From NCBI GenBank assembly GCA_963733055.1, contig CAVTBR010000001.1, forward strand, positions 416,001 to 480,000: a stretch of DNA of 64,000 nucleotides. Reading direction: 5' to 3'. The notes below the pieces were generated by a model. It was given only the letters and a program-made list of their open reading frames with translations. It had not been told where the DNA came from and did no database searches. The stretch comes from Candidatus Bathyarchaeota archaeon (GTDB taxonomy: Archaea > Thermoproteota > Bathyarchaeia > 40CM-2-53-6). The translations under genes were made by a program, and so were the position numbers. Of the stretch, positions 19,867 through 30,391 are shown in pieces (position 1 is the first letter of the stretch; each line of letters starts with the position of its first letter).

Positions 19867-20023
19867 GAGGATGCGTGCTTCTTCTCTGTTTCACTATCTC
19901 GTGTATCTTTCCCTGGCCCTTGACTTGTAATGGAGCAGTAGGGCTTATTTCATCTCCTTTTCTAAAAGGCTCTTTAATCCGAGTGAACCTAATTCTCTTA
20001 CGGAAGCCTCGGATTTGGGTCGG

Positions 20024-20452
20024 TTGAGGTGTAGAATTCTTCTTCTGGGAATGTTCTCGCTTCTGATTGCGACTCTCCCAAATGCGTTCGCGCAGCCTCC
20101 ATTCGTCGTTCAGAGCGTTAACTACGATTTCCCGTCTTCGATAACCCCGGGGCAGCAGACTACCGTCAAGACTCACCTTACGGCAACATGCATTCAGTGG
20201 GCGCCCTACGCGACCGAGTACAGTATCCGCGTCGACCTAACTAACCCAGCCACGGGCTTTGTTTTGTCAACCACTACCTATCAGGTCGGGTACGCGCAGA
20301 CATACATTGACCAGGTTTTCCTTAACACCGCCACGGCACCCAATTCCACGGGCACATGGTTGCTCAGGGTTGATGTATACGTTTGGGGGGGAAGCGGACA
20401 GCTGCTGGTTCACCTGTCGGATAACGCGAAGCTCCCAGTTGGAGGGAGCTAA
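20024..20452 (+). CDS. Secreted Ig-like/beta-rich hypothetical protein
   Basis: Signal peptide ending in AFA-Q; Thr/Ser-rich beta-strand pattern; probable TTG start at 20024. Confidence 0.65.
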   Translation: MRCRILLLGMFSLLIATLPNAFAQPPFVVQSVNYDFPSSITPGQQTTVKTHLTATCIQWAPYATEYSIRVDLTNPATGFVLSTTTYQVGYAQTYIDQVFLNTATAPNSTGTWLLRVDVYVWGGSGQLLVHLSDNAKLPVGGS

Positions 20453-20520
20453 GTGCGCAGGTTCCGTTGAGGAAACTTGGAGAGTCGCGTAGCTTAACGT
20501 CTGCAGCGTTCCGTGTGGGT

Positions 20521-21042
20521 TTAGTTAAATTGGAAGTCTGCCGTCCATGTTCCAGAGATTGGTGCTGGTTGGTTTAGCTGGATTTGGCTGAAGTCTGAGC
20601 TTACGAATGTGATTGTTCCGTCGAAGACGCCTGTTCCCTGCGTCGAAGTTAGAGTGCCGCTCCATTCGCCCTGGCCGATGAAGGCAGCCCGCCCGCACCA
20701 GAAGAGGAAGTAGCACGCGTAAACTGTGCCGGACACTTGCTGAATGGACCCCGATAGGCTGCTGCCGTTACGTGTTCCAACCCATAATCCGCTGGCAGTT
20801 ATTGGTATTTGGCCGATTGAGGTTTGAAGAATTCCATTGAGGATCATATTCATCGATACCGAGTTTGTATTGACCATTGCGTTCTCCAGGTTCCCGTTCA
20901 ATGAATATCCGGTTAGGTCTAACGCGAACGTACCCTGGCCTGCGCTCGCCATTACCGGAAGGAAAGAGTAACTTAACGAGGCAACAATTAACAACAATGC
21001 TACACCAAAAACTGCAAGACGGTTCAAGTTCGTCATACACAA
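20521..21042 (-). CDS. Secreted hypothetical protein
   Basis: N-terminal hydrophobic signal; G/T/S-rich; repeated GxWxG. Confidence 0.7.
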   Translation of the reverse strand: MCMTNLNRLAVFGVALLLIVASLSYSFLPVMASAGQGTFALDLTGYSLNGNLENAMVNTNSVSMNMILNGILQTSIGQIPITASGLWVGTRNGSSLSGSIQQVSGTVYACYFLFWCGRAAFIGQGEWSGTLTSTQGTGVFDGTITFVSSDFSQIQLNQPAPISGTWTADFQFN

Positions 21043-21336
21043 TCTTCCTGGTGCGTCGCTTTCGCAGCTTAAGAATGGGCTGTGACGCGAACACGTCTAT
21101 AGCAACGCGTAGCTGAAGTGTTGAAAGAAACCGGGGTTTAGCGAGTGATCTCGCATTCCAACCCCTGAATACACGTCACTGAGGATCAGGGGACAGTCAA
21201 TAGGACAATGCAGGTACCAATTGAACTGTCGATAAAATCAAGTACCTACAAAACATCTAAGCGCAGTTGGTTCGATGTAGCGCCAGTTTTGACGGATCCC
21301 TGCAGCTATTCGTCAGCGTCTAAGTCTTCTGGTTCT

Positions 21337-22923
21337 CTACTCGGGAGGTATCATTCTGTGCATCTTATCGACGGGTATGCCTCTTGACTTCTGTATGGTG
21401 TAGGATACGAAATAGATGACTAACCCAATCACGAATAGCGCCGCAACCACCGTGATGTACGACGGGTTGAGTGGCCCTACCAAAGCCGGCAGCAATGAAG
21501 CGTAGGCGATCAATAGTCCCATCGGTATGCAGATAGCCCCCACGATCACGATTATTGGTACTCCCGCTATCTTTCTAGTTGTGAGCGGCGGTGAAAGGTT
21601 GAAGACATCTCCGCGGACTCGTGGGAAGAGCACTCCCGCTAGGCCTACGATCGCCACGCTGATGAAGGAGCCCGTTATAACGTATGTGAAGAATGCGGCT
21701 ACCGATGTGTAGACTGTTAAGTAGACAAACAGCAAGTCTATGATAATTACGGTCGCAGTCGCCACGTATGGCACATGATACCTCTCGTTGACTTCGCTGA
21801 ATTTTCTTGGAATAACTGCGTCGAAACTCCAGGCGAACAAGCATCTAACCGACGTAAAGCTCGCCGCGAGCATGTACCCGAATAATGTTGCCAACAACCC
21901 TATACCCATGATCCATTCAACGGCTGCGTTCTTGGTGCCATATCCAGCCAAGAATTGCAGTATAGGTAATCCTGTGGGAAGGGTATACGCGGGGTTCGCG
22001 TTCAAGGCGAGATACGCAATCGACGCCAGAAAGTCATGGCCAATTGATGAATAGGTTACGAGCGCTACAAAGAACATCAGCACGATGTACACGATTGGAG
22101 CTCCCAACATCGCAATCACCTGCGAGCGTTGCGGGTTCTTCACTTCGCCACCAGTGTAGACTGATGCTGTGAACCCCCACACGGCTAGTAGAGTGTAGAC
22201 CACGCCGAGCATTGTATCCGAAGCATTGAAGGACAGGTTTGCCCCCGCGCTCTGCGCAGTAGATATGACCGTGTTGTATGGTGTAGTTGAAAGTGAGTTG
22301 AAGTTTGAAATGAACTGTGCGACGGGTGTGGTGCCCATTGCGAAAAGATATACTATTACGGAAAAAGTGGTTATAACGAAAAATAGGCCCTTGAGCTTGA
22401 AGGTGATTCCTGTCCCGAAGAACAATGCTATGGGCAGGATGACCGCGAAGATTGCCCCTATAATGAATTGATTGGAAGTAGTCGTCAGGCTAGTGGCCAA
22501 GGTGGCCAGGCCGGGATCTCCGTTTATGCCGCTCAGAGCGTTGAGCATCGGGCCTAACGCCATCGTACTGATCCACACGGCTTCGACGCCAATCACCGAG
22601 ATATTGATGATCGTAGCGACAAAATTGAGCATGAACCCTATCGATGGGTGAAGGATCCGGCCTACGAAGACGTAGTCGCCCCCGGACCGCGGAAATGCTG
22701 CAGAAAACTGCGCGTAAATGTAGGCTACTAGGAGGGAGGGAATCAAAGCGAGCAGCGCTGAAACGGGAAGATAGGCTCCAGGAAAGAGTCCTTGGCCTAT
22801 GACCAAGAAGATTAACATGAATGCTGGGCTAGTGAACATCAGATTCAGGACGAAGGCCCTGTACGCTGAGATTTCTCGAACGAGTCCGGTTGCTTCTCTT
22901 TCGAAAACTTTGCCTTTTGACAA
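21337..22923 (-). CDS. APC-family amino acid permease
   Basis: FEREATGLVRE, PRSGGDY, FAWSFD and terminal IPPE; ~12 TM segments. Confidence 0.9.
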   Translation of the reverse strand: MSKGKVFEREATGLVREISAYRAFVLNLMFTSPAFMLIFLVIGQGLFPGAYLPVSALLALIPSLLVAYIYAQFSAAFPRSGGDYVFVGRILHPSIGFMLNFVATIINISVIGVEAVWISTMALGPMLNALSGINGDPGLATLATSLTTTSNQFIIGAIFAVILPIALFFGTGITFKLKGLFFVITTFSVIVYLFAMGTTPVAQFISNFNSLSTTPYNTVISTAQSAGANLSFNASDTMLGVVYTLLAVWGFTASVYTGGEVKNPQRSQVIAMLGAPIVYIVLMFFVALVTYSSIGHDFLASIAYLALNANPAYTLPTGLPILQFLAGYGTKNAAVEWIMGIGLLATLFGYMLAASFTSVRCLFAWSFDAVIPRKFSEVNERYHVPYVATATVIIIDLLFVYLTVYTSVAAFFTYVITGSFISVAIVGLAGVLFPRVRGDVFNLSPPLTTRKIAGVPIIVIVGAICIPMGLLIAYASLLPALVGPLNPSYITVVAALFVIGLVIYFVSYTIQKSRGIPVDKMHRMIPPE

Positions 22924-23078
22924 CGAACTCACCGATTGCTGAGTCCAGAGTCCAAATATAACATTTGGCATGACTACTCCATCCTTTTCGTGGCCTTGGG
23001 GTGTTTTGAACGCTCTAATTTGCGGGTGAGGACAAGATTCATGAATGCTACCTCGTTCAGCCCCTCTTGGTTTGAATC

Positions 23079-24398
23079 ATGTCTGAAAGCGAGGCTGGAT
23101 GGGATCAAAATGTCAGATACTTGGATTTGGTGGTTAAGAAGAATCCCAACCTAGTTTTATTCGCCGCAGAACTTCATCAACGAAACCTCATCCCAGTAGA
23201 CACGTTCGTTCTGGACCTCGACGCACACGTCCACAACGCGAAAGCAATGATCGCGGAGGCAAGAAAGTTTGGAATCAAATTGTATTACATGAGTAAACAA
23301 ATCAACCGTAACCCAATCGTTACGCAGGCGGTAGTGAACACCGGGTTCAACGGTGTTGTCACGGTAGAGCCTCAGGAGATGCGCAGCCTGGTAAGGTACG
23401 GCGTTAAGATCGCACACGTGGGACACCTGGTTAACGTTCCAGAAGCTGAAATCGACTACGTCCTGAAAAATGCGCGACCCGAAGTGATTACGGTTTTTAA
23501 TGAAGAAAAGGCAAAGATGATTTCAGACCGCGCTGAGCGTCTCGGGTTGAAGCAGAATCTTCTGATCCGCCCCATGAGTAGGGACGATGTCCTCTACCCG
23601 TACATGGAGGGAGGAGTCCCCGAGAAGGACGCGTTAGATCTCATCAAGAAGATCAATTCGTTTCCGAACACGAAAGTGGAAGGCGTCACCAGCTTTCCCT
23701 GCATCCTCTACGATCTCAAAACAAACAGGCCGGTATTCATGCCAAACATGGACACTATCACTCGTACCGCCATAGAAGCACGGAATCAGGGCATACCGAT
23801 GCCGCAGGTTAACGCGCCACCCATGTGCATCACAAAGACCATTGAATTGTATGCCAAGAGAGGCGCGACTCATCTTGAACCTGGGCTGGGAATGACGGGC
23901 ATGTCACCGTGGCACCTCTATCAACCCGAACTACATCCAGAGATTCAAGCGGCAGTGTACGTGACGGAGGTTTCCCACTTCTATGATCAATACGCGTACG
24001 TTTACGCGGGAGGGCTCAATTACATAGAGATATTCGAAACTGCATACGACGGGAAAAGTTTCGTAGCTGATCCAGCTAAGTTGAAAATGAAAGCGATGGT
24101 GGGACGAACTCCTGAGCAACTGATGTACAATCCAGTTGAAGCCGAGCACTATAACGGCATCATTGACTACCATGCCAGGCTTTACAAGAAGCCATCAGTC
24201 AAAGTAGGAGACACGGTAGTTTACGGGTATCGAACTCAGATGTTCGTAAACAGGGCCCAAATAGCAGTGGTTTCCGGACTGAGAGATAACAACCCGCGAC
24301 TATTGGGATTGTTCGATCACGCGAACAACCTCATCGACCGACATGGGCATTTGCTCGGCGAGCAGAAGACCATAGACTTGATTCAAGAGAACTCATAG
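23079..24398 (+). CDS. YhfX-like PLP-dependent alanine-racemase-fold protein
   Basis: YYMSKQ (PLP lysine), HVGHLV, GVTSFP, HLEPG, YVTEVSH and IDYH motifs. Confidence 0.8.
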   Translation: MSESEAGWDQNVRYLDLVVKKNPNLVLFAAELHQRNLIPVDTFVLDLDAHVHNAKAMIAEARKFGIKLYYMSKQINRNPIVTQAVVNTGFNGVVTVEPQEMRSLVRYGVKIAHVGHLVNVPEAEIDYVLKNARPEVITVFNEEKAKMISDRAERLGLKQNLLIRPMSRDDVLYPYMEGGVPEKDALDLIKKINSFPNTKVEGVTSFPCILYDLKTNRPVFMPNMDTITRTAIEARNQGIPMPQVNAPPMCITKTIELYAKRGATHLEPGLGMTGMSPWHLYQPELHPEIQAAVYVTEVSHFYDQYAYVYAGGLNYIEIFETAYDGKSFVADPAKLKMKAMVGRTPEQLMYNPVEAEHYNGIIDYHARLYKKPSVKVGDTVVYGYRTQMFVNRAQIAVVSGLRDNNPRLLGLFDHANNLIDRHGHLLGEQKTIDLIQENS

Positions 24399-24429
24399 AT
24401 TCGATAGATACAATGTAAGGATTCTTCAA

Positions 24430-24900
24430 ATGGCGTTGAACATCCGCAACTTTCGTGAATCAGACGCGAAAGAAACATCAAAGATGCTACTGGACGCGTT
24501 CAAATGGTTCCACAAACGGAGTAAACGGTCATGGTTATGGAAGTCCCTCCAGCCCTCCACCGTCATTGCTAACAGTAGAACTCAGGACATTCTCGTCGCT
24601 GAGAAGGCGAACCATATTGTCGGTTACATATCATCCACGACAACCCCCTTCAAGGTTGCCTACATCCCTATGGTAGCAGTTGCTTCGCATAAGCAGAATC
24701 TGGGAATTGGAACGCTTCTACTAAACAGAAAGCTGAACTACCTTCGCAAACAGAAGGTTCGCAAAGTCTGGCTGCTAGTCACGAATTCAAATGTTCGCGC
24801 GATAACATTTTACTTGAAACACAAGTTCGTGATTGAGGGATACTTACGTGATCACACAGGCCCGGGATCTGATGAAGTACTGCTGAGCAGGTTCCTGTAG
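24430..24900 (+). CDS. GNAT N-acetyltransferase
   Basis: VAV..QNLGIG and N..AITFY.K..F motifs. Confidence 0.85.
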   Translation: MALNIRNFRESDAKETSKMLLDAFKWFHKRSKRSWLWKSLQPSTVIANSRTQDILVAEKANHIVGYISSTTTPFKVAYIPMVAVASHKQNLGIGTLLLNRKLNYLRKQKVRKVWLLVTNSNVRAITFYLKHKFVIEGYLRDHTGPGSDEVLLSRFL

Positions 24901-24909
24901 AATCATTAG

Positions 24910-26076
24910 GTGGGCCTATCGATGCGTGTAGTCGGATTCATGTCAGGCACGTCTCTAGACGGGTTAAGCATAGCATACGTGGAAATCGACGGAACGAAAC
25001 CACCGTTTTCCTCAAAATTCATCGCGGGCAGAACATTTCCACTACCTGAGAGTTTGCGAGCCCCCCTCCTCAAGTTAGCACAGTCCGGAAATGTCACGTC
25101 TCAAATTGTGGCAAATTGTCATCGCGAGTTCGGTGTGCTAGCAGCCAATTCACTGGAAATCTTCCTTCACGAAGAATCTTTACAGTCACCAGAGCTAATG
25201 GGCTTTCATGGGCAGACAATCTTCCATCAGCCAAGTGCAGATGGAACGACGACGTTACAAATTGGCGACCCATCTCCTCTCTGTTCCCGATTCAATGTTC
25301 CAGTCGTATCAGACTTCAGAAGTATGGACACAGCCGTAAATGGACAGGGCGCGCCGCTCGTTTCGGTCGTTGACTATCTCAAGTATCGCTCTGATAATGG
25401 GACGCGGGTAATTCTGAACCTAGGAGGGATCTCTAATGTTACAGTATTGCCCGTAGGCTGCGACTTAACCGGCGTCCTAGGTTTTGATGTCGGTCCCGCA
25501 AACATCCTGATCGACGCAGTAGTTGACCAACTCACCCATGGCAAGTTGAAGTATGATGCTGAAGGGGAAATGGCATCGCGAGGAAGCGTTTCGAAAGAAC
25601 TGCTTGACTCAATTACGCAGACCGACGACTATAGATTCTTACCGTATCCGAAGACAACCGGTCGAGAGAGGTATGGTCTCAGTTTTGTGGAGAAGATTCT
25701 GAGCAAAGCGAACGAGTTGAAATTAGACCCGAATGACGCTGTGGCGACGACGTCGCAGTACACGGTGTTCATGATTACGTATCACCTCACGAAGTTGAAA
25801 GACAGAGGACTGAAGCTGACCGAGTTAATTATTGGCGGCGGCGGTTCGAGAAACAAGTACCTTGTTCAAGAGTTAAAACAGAACAATCCGGAAATGACGA
25901 TTAAATTCCATACCGATTATGGTGTACCTTCAAGCTACTGGGAAAGCTACGCGTTCGCCGTGCTCTCTTACCTGGCACATCTGGGTTTTTCAGGAAATGT
26001 TCCATCCGTGACTGGAGCTTCGAGACAAGTCCTGCTGGGGCGCATTAATCGTCCCGCTAAACAGATCCTCACCTAG
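24910..26076 (+). CDS. anmK: Anhydro-N-acetylmuramic acid kinase
   Basis: GFMSGTSLDG, GFHGQT, DFRSMD, GQGAPL, NLGGISN, FDVGPAN and PKTTGRE motifs. Confidence 0.93.
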   Translation: MGLSMRVVGFMSGTSLDGLSIAYVEIDGTKPPFSSKFIAGRTFPLPESLRAPLLKLAQSGNVTSQIVANCHREFGVLAANSLEIFLHEESLQSPELMGFHGQTIFHQPSADGTTTLQIGDPSPLCSRFNVPVVSDFRSMDTAVNGQGAPLVSVVDYLKYRSDNGTRVILNLGGISNVTVLPVGCDLTGVLGFDVGPANILIDAVVDQLTHGKLKYDAEGEMASRGSVSKELLDSITQTDDYRFLPYPKTTGRERYGLSFVEKILSKANELKLDPNDAVATTSQYTVFMITYHLTKLKDRGLKLTELIIGGGGSRNKYLVQELKQNNPEMTIKFHTDYGVPSSYWESYAFAVLSYLAHLGFSGNVPSVTGASRQVLLGRINRPAKQILT

Positions 26077-26109
26077 TCTACTCCACTCGCTGAACTAAGC
26101 GCAGCGCAT

Positions 26110-27225
26110 CTAGGAGATAGATGCGATGACTTCGTTTTGGAAATCCTGTAGGACATTAGTCCATGAGGTGCGCCGTTGCATCATTATGCCAACCGACTCA
26201 TCTGACCCCGGAATGCCTTCTCGAACTGGATGAACTCGGTTGGTTAGTAGAATTATGAAAGCGTCCCTCGCCTTGTCCAGCCAAACGGACGTCCCTGTAT
26301 AGCCGTTATGCCCGTAAGATCCAGTGGAGAGCCTTGATCCAACGGCGGGTGTCAACCGCGTTTTCACTCTCCATCCAAGGCCGTAATATGATCCCAGATC
26401 TCTCGTATGATTCCTTACCATCAACCGAATGGTTCCTTCCCGAAGAATTCTTTTTCCACCATAAGTCCCCCCGTTAAGCATCATCATACAGAATATCGCC
26501 AGATCACTTGCCGTTGAGAATAGACCCGCGTGCCCACTGACGCCGCCCATCGCTGCGGCGTTCTCATCATGCACTTCGCCCCTAATCATCCTAAACCTCC
26601 AGTTCGAGAACTCCGTCGCGGCCACGTTCTCGGCAGCAGCGAGCGGTGGCACAAATGATGTGTGTTTCATTCCTAACGGTTTGTAGATTTCGTCTGATGC
26701 AAAATGGTCTAAGGATTGGCTGCTGGCCCTTTGAACGATCTCCCCAAGAATAATGTAGGCTAGGTCACTGTAAGCGGCCCGTCTTCCCGGCGCCGATCGC
26801 AGAGGCACATCATTACAAATCCTCCAAAGAATCAACGCCCTGCTTGCCCGAGGAAGTGCGTACAGCGGTGCCCAGGCGGGTAGGCCTGATGTGTGGCAGA
26901 GCAGATGTCTGACTCGAACCTTCTTCTTGGGGCCCCTTGAGAAGGAGGGAAGCAGATCAACTACTCTAGTTTCCAAATCCAGCCGATTCTGTTCCACAAG
27001 AACCATAATGGAAGTTGCTGTGGCGATGACTTTGGTTACCGAGGCTAGATCAAAAAGAGTGTCGGGTTCGATTTTTTGTCGCTTTGGGAATATGCTGCTA
27101 TAGCCAACGGCCTTGTTCATGACTATTGATCCGTTAAGTCCAACGCAGGCAACTGCGCCGGCAAACGCATTTTGTTGTGAGCCATTTTCTATAATTCTAA
27201 AGGCCGATTCAAGTTTGTGTGACAT
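26110..27225 (-). CDS. Beta-lactamase-fold serine hydrolase (AmiE/YbbE-like)
   Basis: FDLASVTK, YSD, GEVHDENA, GHAGLFS, GHNGYTG and LTNRVHP motifs. Confidence 0.85.
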   Translation of the reverse strand: MSHKLESAFRIIENGSQQNAFAGAVACVGLNGSIVMNKAVGYSSIFPKRQKIEPDTLFDLASVTKVIATATSIMVLVEQNRLDLETRVVDLLPSFSRGPKKKVRVRHLLCHTSGLPAWAPLYALPRASRALILWRICNDVPLRSAPGRRAAYSDLAYIILGEIVQRASSQSLDHFASDEIYKPLGMKHTSFVPPLAAAENVAATEFSNWRFRMIRGEVHDENAAAMGGVSGHAGLFSTASDLAIFCMMMLNGGTYGGKRILREGTIRLMVRNHTRDLGSYYGLGWRVKTRLTPAVGSRLSTGSYGHNGYTGTSVWLDKARDAFIILLTNRVHPVREGIPGSDESVGIMMQRRTSWTNVLQDFQNEVIASIS

Positions 27226-27245
27226 CTGCGCTTGTCCTCAAGCCA

Positions 27246-28187
27246 TTAGAATCTGCTAGCGCGTTTCCGTTTGCCCAGTTCGAGAGCTTTCTCAAGCGAC
27301 CCCCGCGCCGTTTTGATAAGGTCCCGTGCCGCTTGATAGTCTAAATCTTCTCTAGCCATGAGTATTGCGACGGCAACGTCCAATCGGGCCTCTTTGAGTT
27401 TTCTGAACGCCGCGTCAGATTTCAGGCCAGTTTCCGCCGCGACAATCCTTGTTGCTCTCTCTATCAGCTTCCTGCTTGTGGGTCTTAGTCCAACCATGAG
27501 GTTTCCGTGAACTCTGCCAAGTCTGAGCATCGTCACCGTGCTGACCATGTTGAGGACAAGCTTCTGAGCGGTTCCCGCTTTCATCCTCGTTGAACCAGAC
27601 AAAACCTCGCTGCCCGTCCTAGGACAGATTACGAAGTGAGCGTAACGGTAGACTGCTGAATGCGGATTGGATGTTAGCGCAACCGCCTCCGCTTTACGAG
27701 CCTTTGCAAACCTGAGCGCTGCTGTTACGAAGGGTGTGTTCCCGCTCGCTGAAATTCCGAAAACTACGTCCCTCGAACATAATCCAACTTTCTTGAGTTG
27801 ATCTACAGCTGACCGTGGGTTATCCTCCGCTCCTTCAACAGGCCTGAGAACTGCTCTGTTTCCGCCCGCAATTATCGCTCGCACAGTTTCTGGCCCGGCA
27901 CCGAATGTTGGGATGAGTTCTGCGGCGTCCATGACTCCCAGTCGTCCACTTGTCCCGGCACCCACGTAAATCAATCTGCCACCTTCCTCTAGATAGTTGA
28001 CAATCTGAAGGATAACCTTGGCAATTACGGGAATCTCTCTTCGCACAGCATCGGGAACTCGCTTATCTTCATCGTTAATGATTTTGAGAACTGAATTAAT
28101 GGACAGAGAACTCAGTCTGCGTGTTCTTGGGTTACTCTGTTCAGTCGATATGAGACCCATCCGGAACTTCGAACTTTTCATAATCAA
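27246..28187 (-). CDS. murQ: N-acetylmuramic acid 6-phosphate etherase
   Basis: TEQSNP, GAGTSGRLG, EGAED, ASGNTP and GSTRMKAGTAQK motifs. Confidence 0.95.
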   Translation of the reverse strand: MIMKSSKFRMGLISTEQSNPRTRRLSSLSINSVLKIINDEDKRVPDAVRREIPVIAKVILQIVNYLEEGGRLIYVGAGTSGRLGVMDAAELIPTFGAGPETVRAIIAGGNRAVLRPVEGAEDNPRSAVDQLKKVGLCSRDVVFGISASGNTPFVTAALRFAKARKAEAVALTSNPHSAVYRYAHFVICPRTGSEVLSGSTRMKAGTAQKLVLNMVSTVTMLRLGRVHGNLMVGLRPTSRKLIERATRIVAAETGLKSDAAFRKLKEARLDVAVAILMAREDLDYQAARDLIKTARGSLEKALELGKRKRASRF

Positions 28188-28274
28188 TCACCCTTTCCGC
28201 GGTCGGCGTATGCTTGATCTCAACTTAGTCTTTAAGCAGGTTTCTCAAGTAGCTTTGCGCGTCTGGTAGCGTAC

Positions 28275-29210
28275 GTGGCTTCGATGCTTGACGAGAATAT
28301 CCAGCGAATAATTAGAGAACTCGAGAAGGAAGGGGTTCCATCAAATTACTCTCTGTCTGTCAGCGAGGCGCGACGCCTCTCGAGGGATATGGGAAAGAGA
28401 TTCGCAGCCCCACCCCCAAATCTTGCCCTAGTCAGAAACGTAGTCGCCTCAACGCCAAGCGCGAAAATCCCAGTGAGGGTCTACGTGCCGACGAAGCAGG
28501 AAGGTCTCCCCGTGCTAGTCTATTTTCACGGTGGCGGATGGGTTGTAGGAGACCTGGACACTTCGGACTGGCTTTGTCGCTCTATCGCACTTGCAGCCAA
28601 CTGTGTAGTCTTCTCCGTCGATTACCGCCTGGCACCTGAAAATAAATTTCCAACTCCGGTTGAAGATTGTTATTGGGCTGTGAAATGGGTTACAGAGAAC
28701 GGTATTGAGCAATACGCAGATCTGAGACGGGTAGCTGTTGGCGGCGATAGCGCCGGAGGCAACTTAGCTGCGGCGGTTTGTTTGATGGCGCGGGACCGCG
28801 GTCAACCAACCATCTCTTTCCAATTACTCCTCTGCCCGGTCATGAATCATTCCTATGACACGGAGTCATATCGTAAGTACGCCGACGGGTATCTTCTCAC
28901 GTTGAAAGATATGGAATGGTACTGGAATCATTACCTAGCGGCCGAGAAGGATGGTCAGAACCCGCATGCGTCTCCGCTACTCGGCGACCTCCGATCCCTC
29001 CCGCCAGCACTAATAATGACAGCCGAGTTCGACCCGTTGCGCGATGAAGGAGAAGCTTACGCGGAGCGACTACGGCAAGCCGGCGTCCCCGTTAAGCTGG
29101 TCCGATACGAATCCATGATTCACACTTGGACCGACTTTCCTCAACTCGAACAGACAACGGCGGCAGTACGGGAAGCAGCAATGGAGCTTCGCAAGGCATT
29201 TGGAACTTGA
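28275..29210 (+). CDS. HSL-family alpha/beta hydrolase (esterase)
   Basis: HGGGW, DYRLAPE, GDSAGG and DPLRDEG motifs. Confidence 0.92.
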   Translation: MASMLDENIQRIIRELEKEGVPSNYSLSVSEARRLSRDMGKRFAAPPPNLALVRNVVASTPSAKIPVRVYVPTKQEGLPVLVYFHGGGWVVGDLDTSDWLCRSIALAANCVVFSVDYRLAPENKFPTPVEDCYWAVKWVTENGIEQYADLRRVAVGGDSAGGNLAAAVCLMARDRGQPTISFQLLLCPVMNHSYDTESYRKYADGYLLTLKDMEWYWNHYLAAEKDGQNPHASPLLGDLRSLPPALIMTAEFDPLRDEGEAYAERLRQAGVPVKLVRYESMIHTWTDFPQLEQTTAAVREAAMELRKAFGT

Positions 29211-29230
29211 GATCATCAGATTAGTCCAAT

Positions 29231-30391
29231 TTACGGATACGCTTGGACTCCTTGAACAAAAGTTGAGACGACGTTCAGATCTTTGTCTAAGAGGACGATA
29301 TCAGCCTCCTTACCCTTAACCAGACTGCCTGTACTAGCGCCTAGAGTCAATTGTTTTGCAGCGTTCAAAGATGCCATACGAATGACATCAGGAAGTTCGA
29401 GATGTCCCCAGGCGAGGAGGTTTCTCACCGCTCGATCCAAGGTCAATAAGCTGCCACAGAGCCTGCCATCCTCCGTGAAGGAACCCCCATCATGAACGAA
29501 ACCTTTAGTCCCACATAACTCGAACTCAGTCACTTGCGTCCCCGTGGGCATCACCGAATCTGAAACGAGAATTATCCCATCAGGCCCCTTCGCTCGCACG
29601 GCAAGAAGTGCAACGTACGGGTTAAGGTGAAGGCCATCGACGATAATTTCAGCCTTCACATCATCCGAGACAAGCGCCGCCCCCGCAGCCCCCGGCTCCC
29701 GGCCCTGAAGCCCGGACATCGCATTGAACGTGTGAGTGATGTGAGTTATTCCTGCGTCAATACCCTTCACTGCTTGTTGAAACGACGCGTTCGTGTGGCC
29801 CATTGCCGCAACAATTCCGAGACGTACGCTCTCCCTACATAACTCCAATCCGCCCTCTAGTTCTGGTGCTATTGTGATAATTTTCACGACAGGCTCGTAA
29901 CCTTCCATTATCGCTCTGAACGCGTCGAGGGAAGGATTCTGAAGGTATTCTTCGCGATGCACCCCACGCTTGGAGGGATTCAGAAAAGGTCCCTCGAGAT
30001 TCGCGCCCGCGATCTTAGCTCCCGCCCCAGGTTTTGTCATGGAATTTTTCACAGATTGTAGAAAATTTCTGATCTGCTCGGTTGGCATGCTAACGGATGT
30101 TGGTAGGAATGTTGTGATTCCAAACCGGACAAGCGCCTTCCCCATCTTAAGGAGGGACTGCTCATCGCCCCGAGTCGCGTCGTAGCCGCCTATGCCGTGA
30201 ATATGAACGTCAATGAAACCGGGCGATATGTAATTGCCACCGGCATCAATTTTGTTTACGCCAGCCGGAATCACTGAAGGAGAATCTGTGATTCTCTCAA
30301 TCTTCCCAGACTTGATGAGCATATTGCCCCGAGGGATCACTGCCGATTCAGTGATCAACGTACCGTTTACAATTGCGCAGTCAGCGGTCAA
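29231..30391 (-). CDS. nagA: N-acetylglucosamine-6-phosphate deacetylase
   Basis: PGFIDVHIHG, LEGPF, GHTNA, THTFNAM, DGLH and VSD motifs. Confidence 0.93.
   Translation of the reverse strand: MTADCAIVNGTLITESAVIPRGNMLIKSGKIERITDSPSVIPAGVNKIDAGGNYISPGFIDVHIHGIGGYDATRGDEQSLLKMGKALVRFGITTFLPTSVSMPTEQIRNFLQSVKNSMTKPGAGAKIAGANLEGPFLNPSKRGVHREEYLQNPSLDAFRAIMEGYEPVVKIITIAPELEGGLELCRESVRLGIVAAMGHTNASFQQAVKGIDAGITHITHTFNAMSGLQGREPGAAGAALVSDDVKAEIIVDGLHLNPYVALLAVRAKGPDGIILVSDSVMPTGTQVTEFELCGTKGFVHDGGSFTEDGRLCGSLLTLDRAVRNLLAWGHLELPDVIRMASLNAAKQLTLGASTGSLVKGKEADIVLLDKDLNVVSTFVQGVQAYP

Larger units (their letters stand above)
7500..21300. mobile_element. Putative integrated accessory/defence island (borders approximate)
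   Basis: Longer intergenic gaps, a cdc6 remnant, R-M and nuclease genes and repeated intergenic motifs between two metabolic clusters; no integrase seen. Confidence 0.5.

Noticed and set aside
26110-27225. Beta-lactam resistance gene
   Set aside because: The GEVHDENA and LTNRVHP motifs and the position between murQ and anmK favour an AmiE-like amidase/esterase
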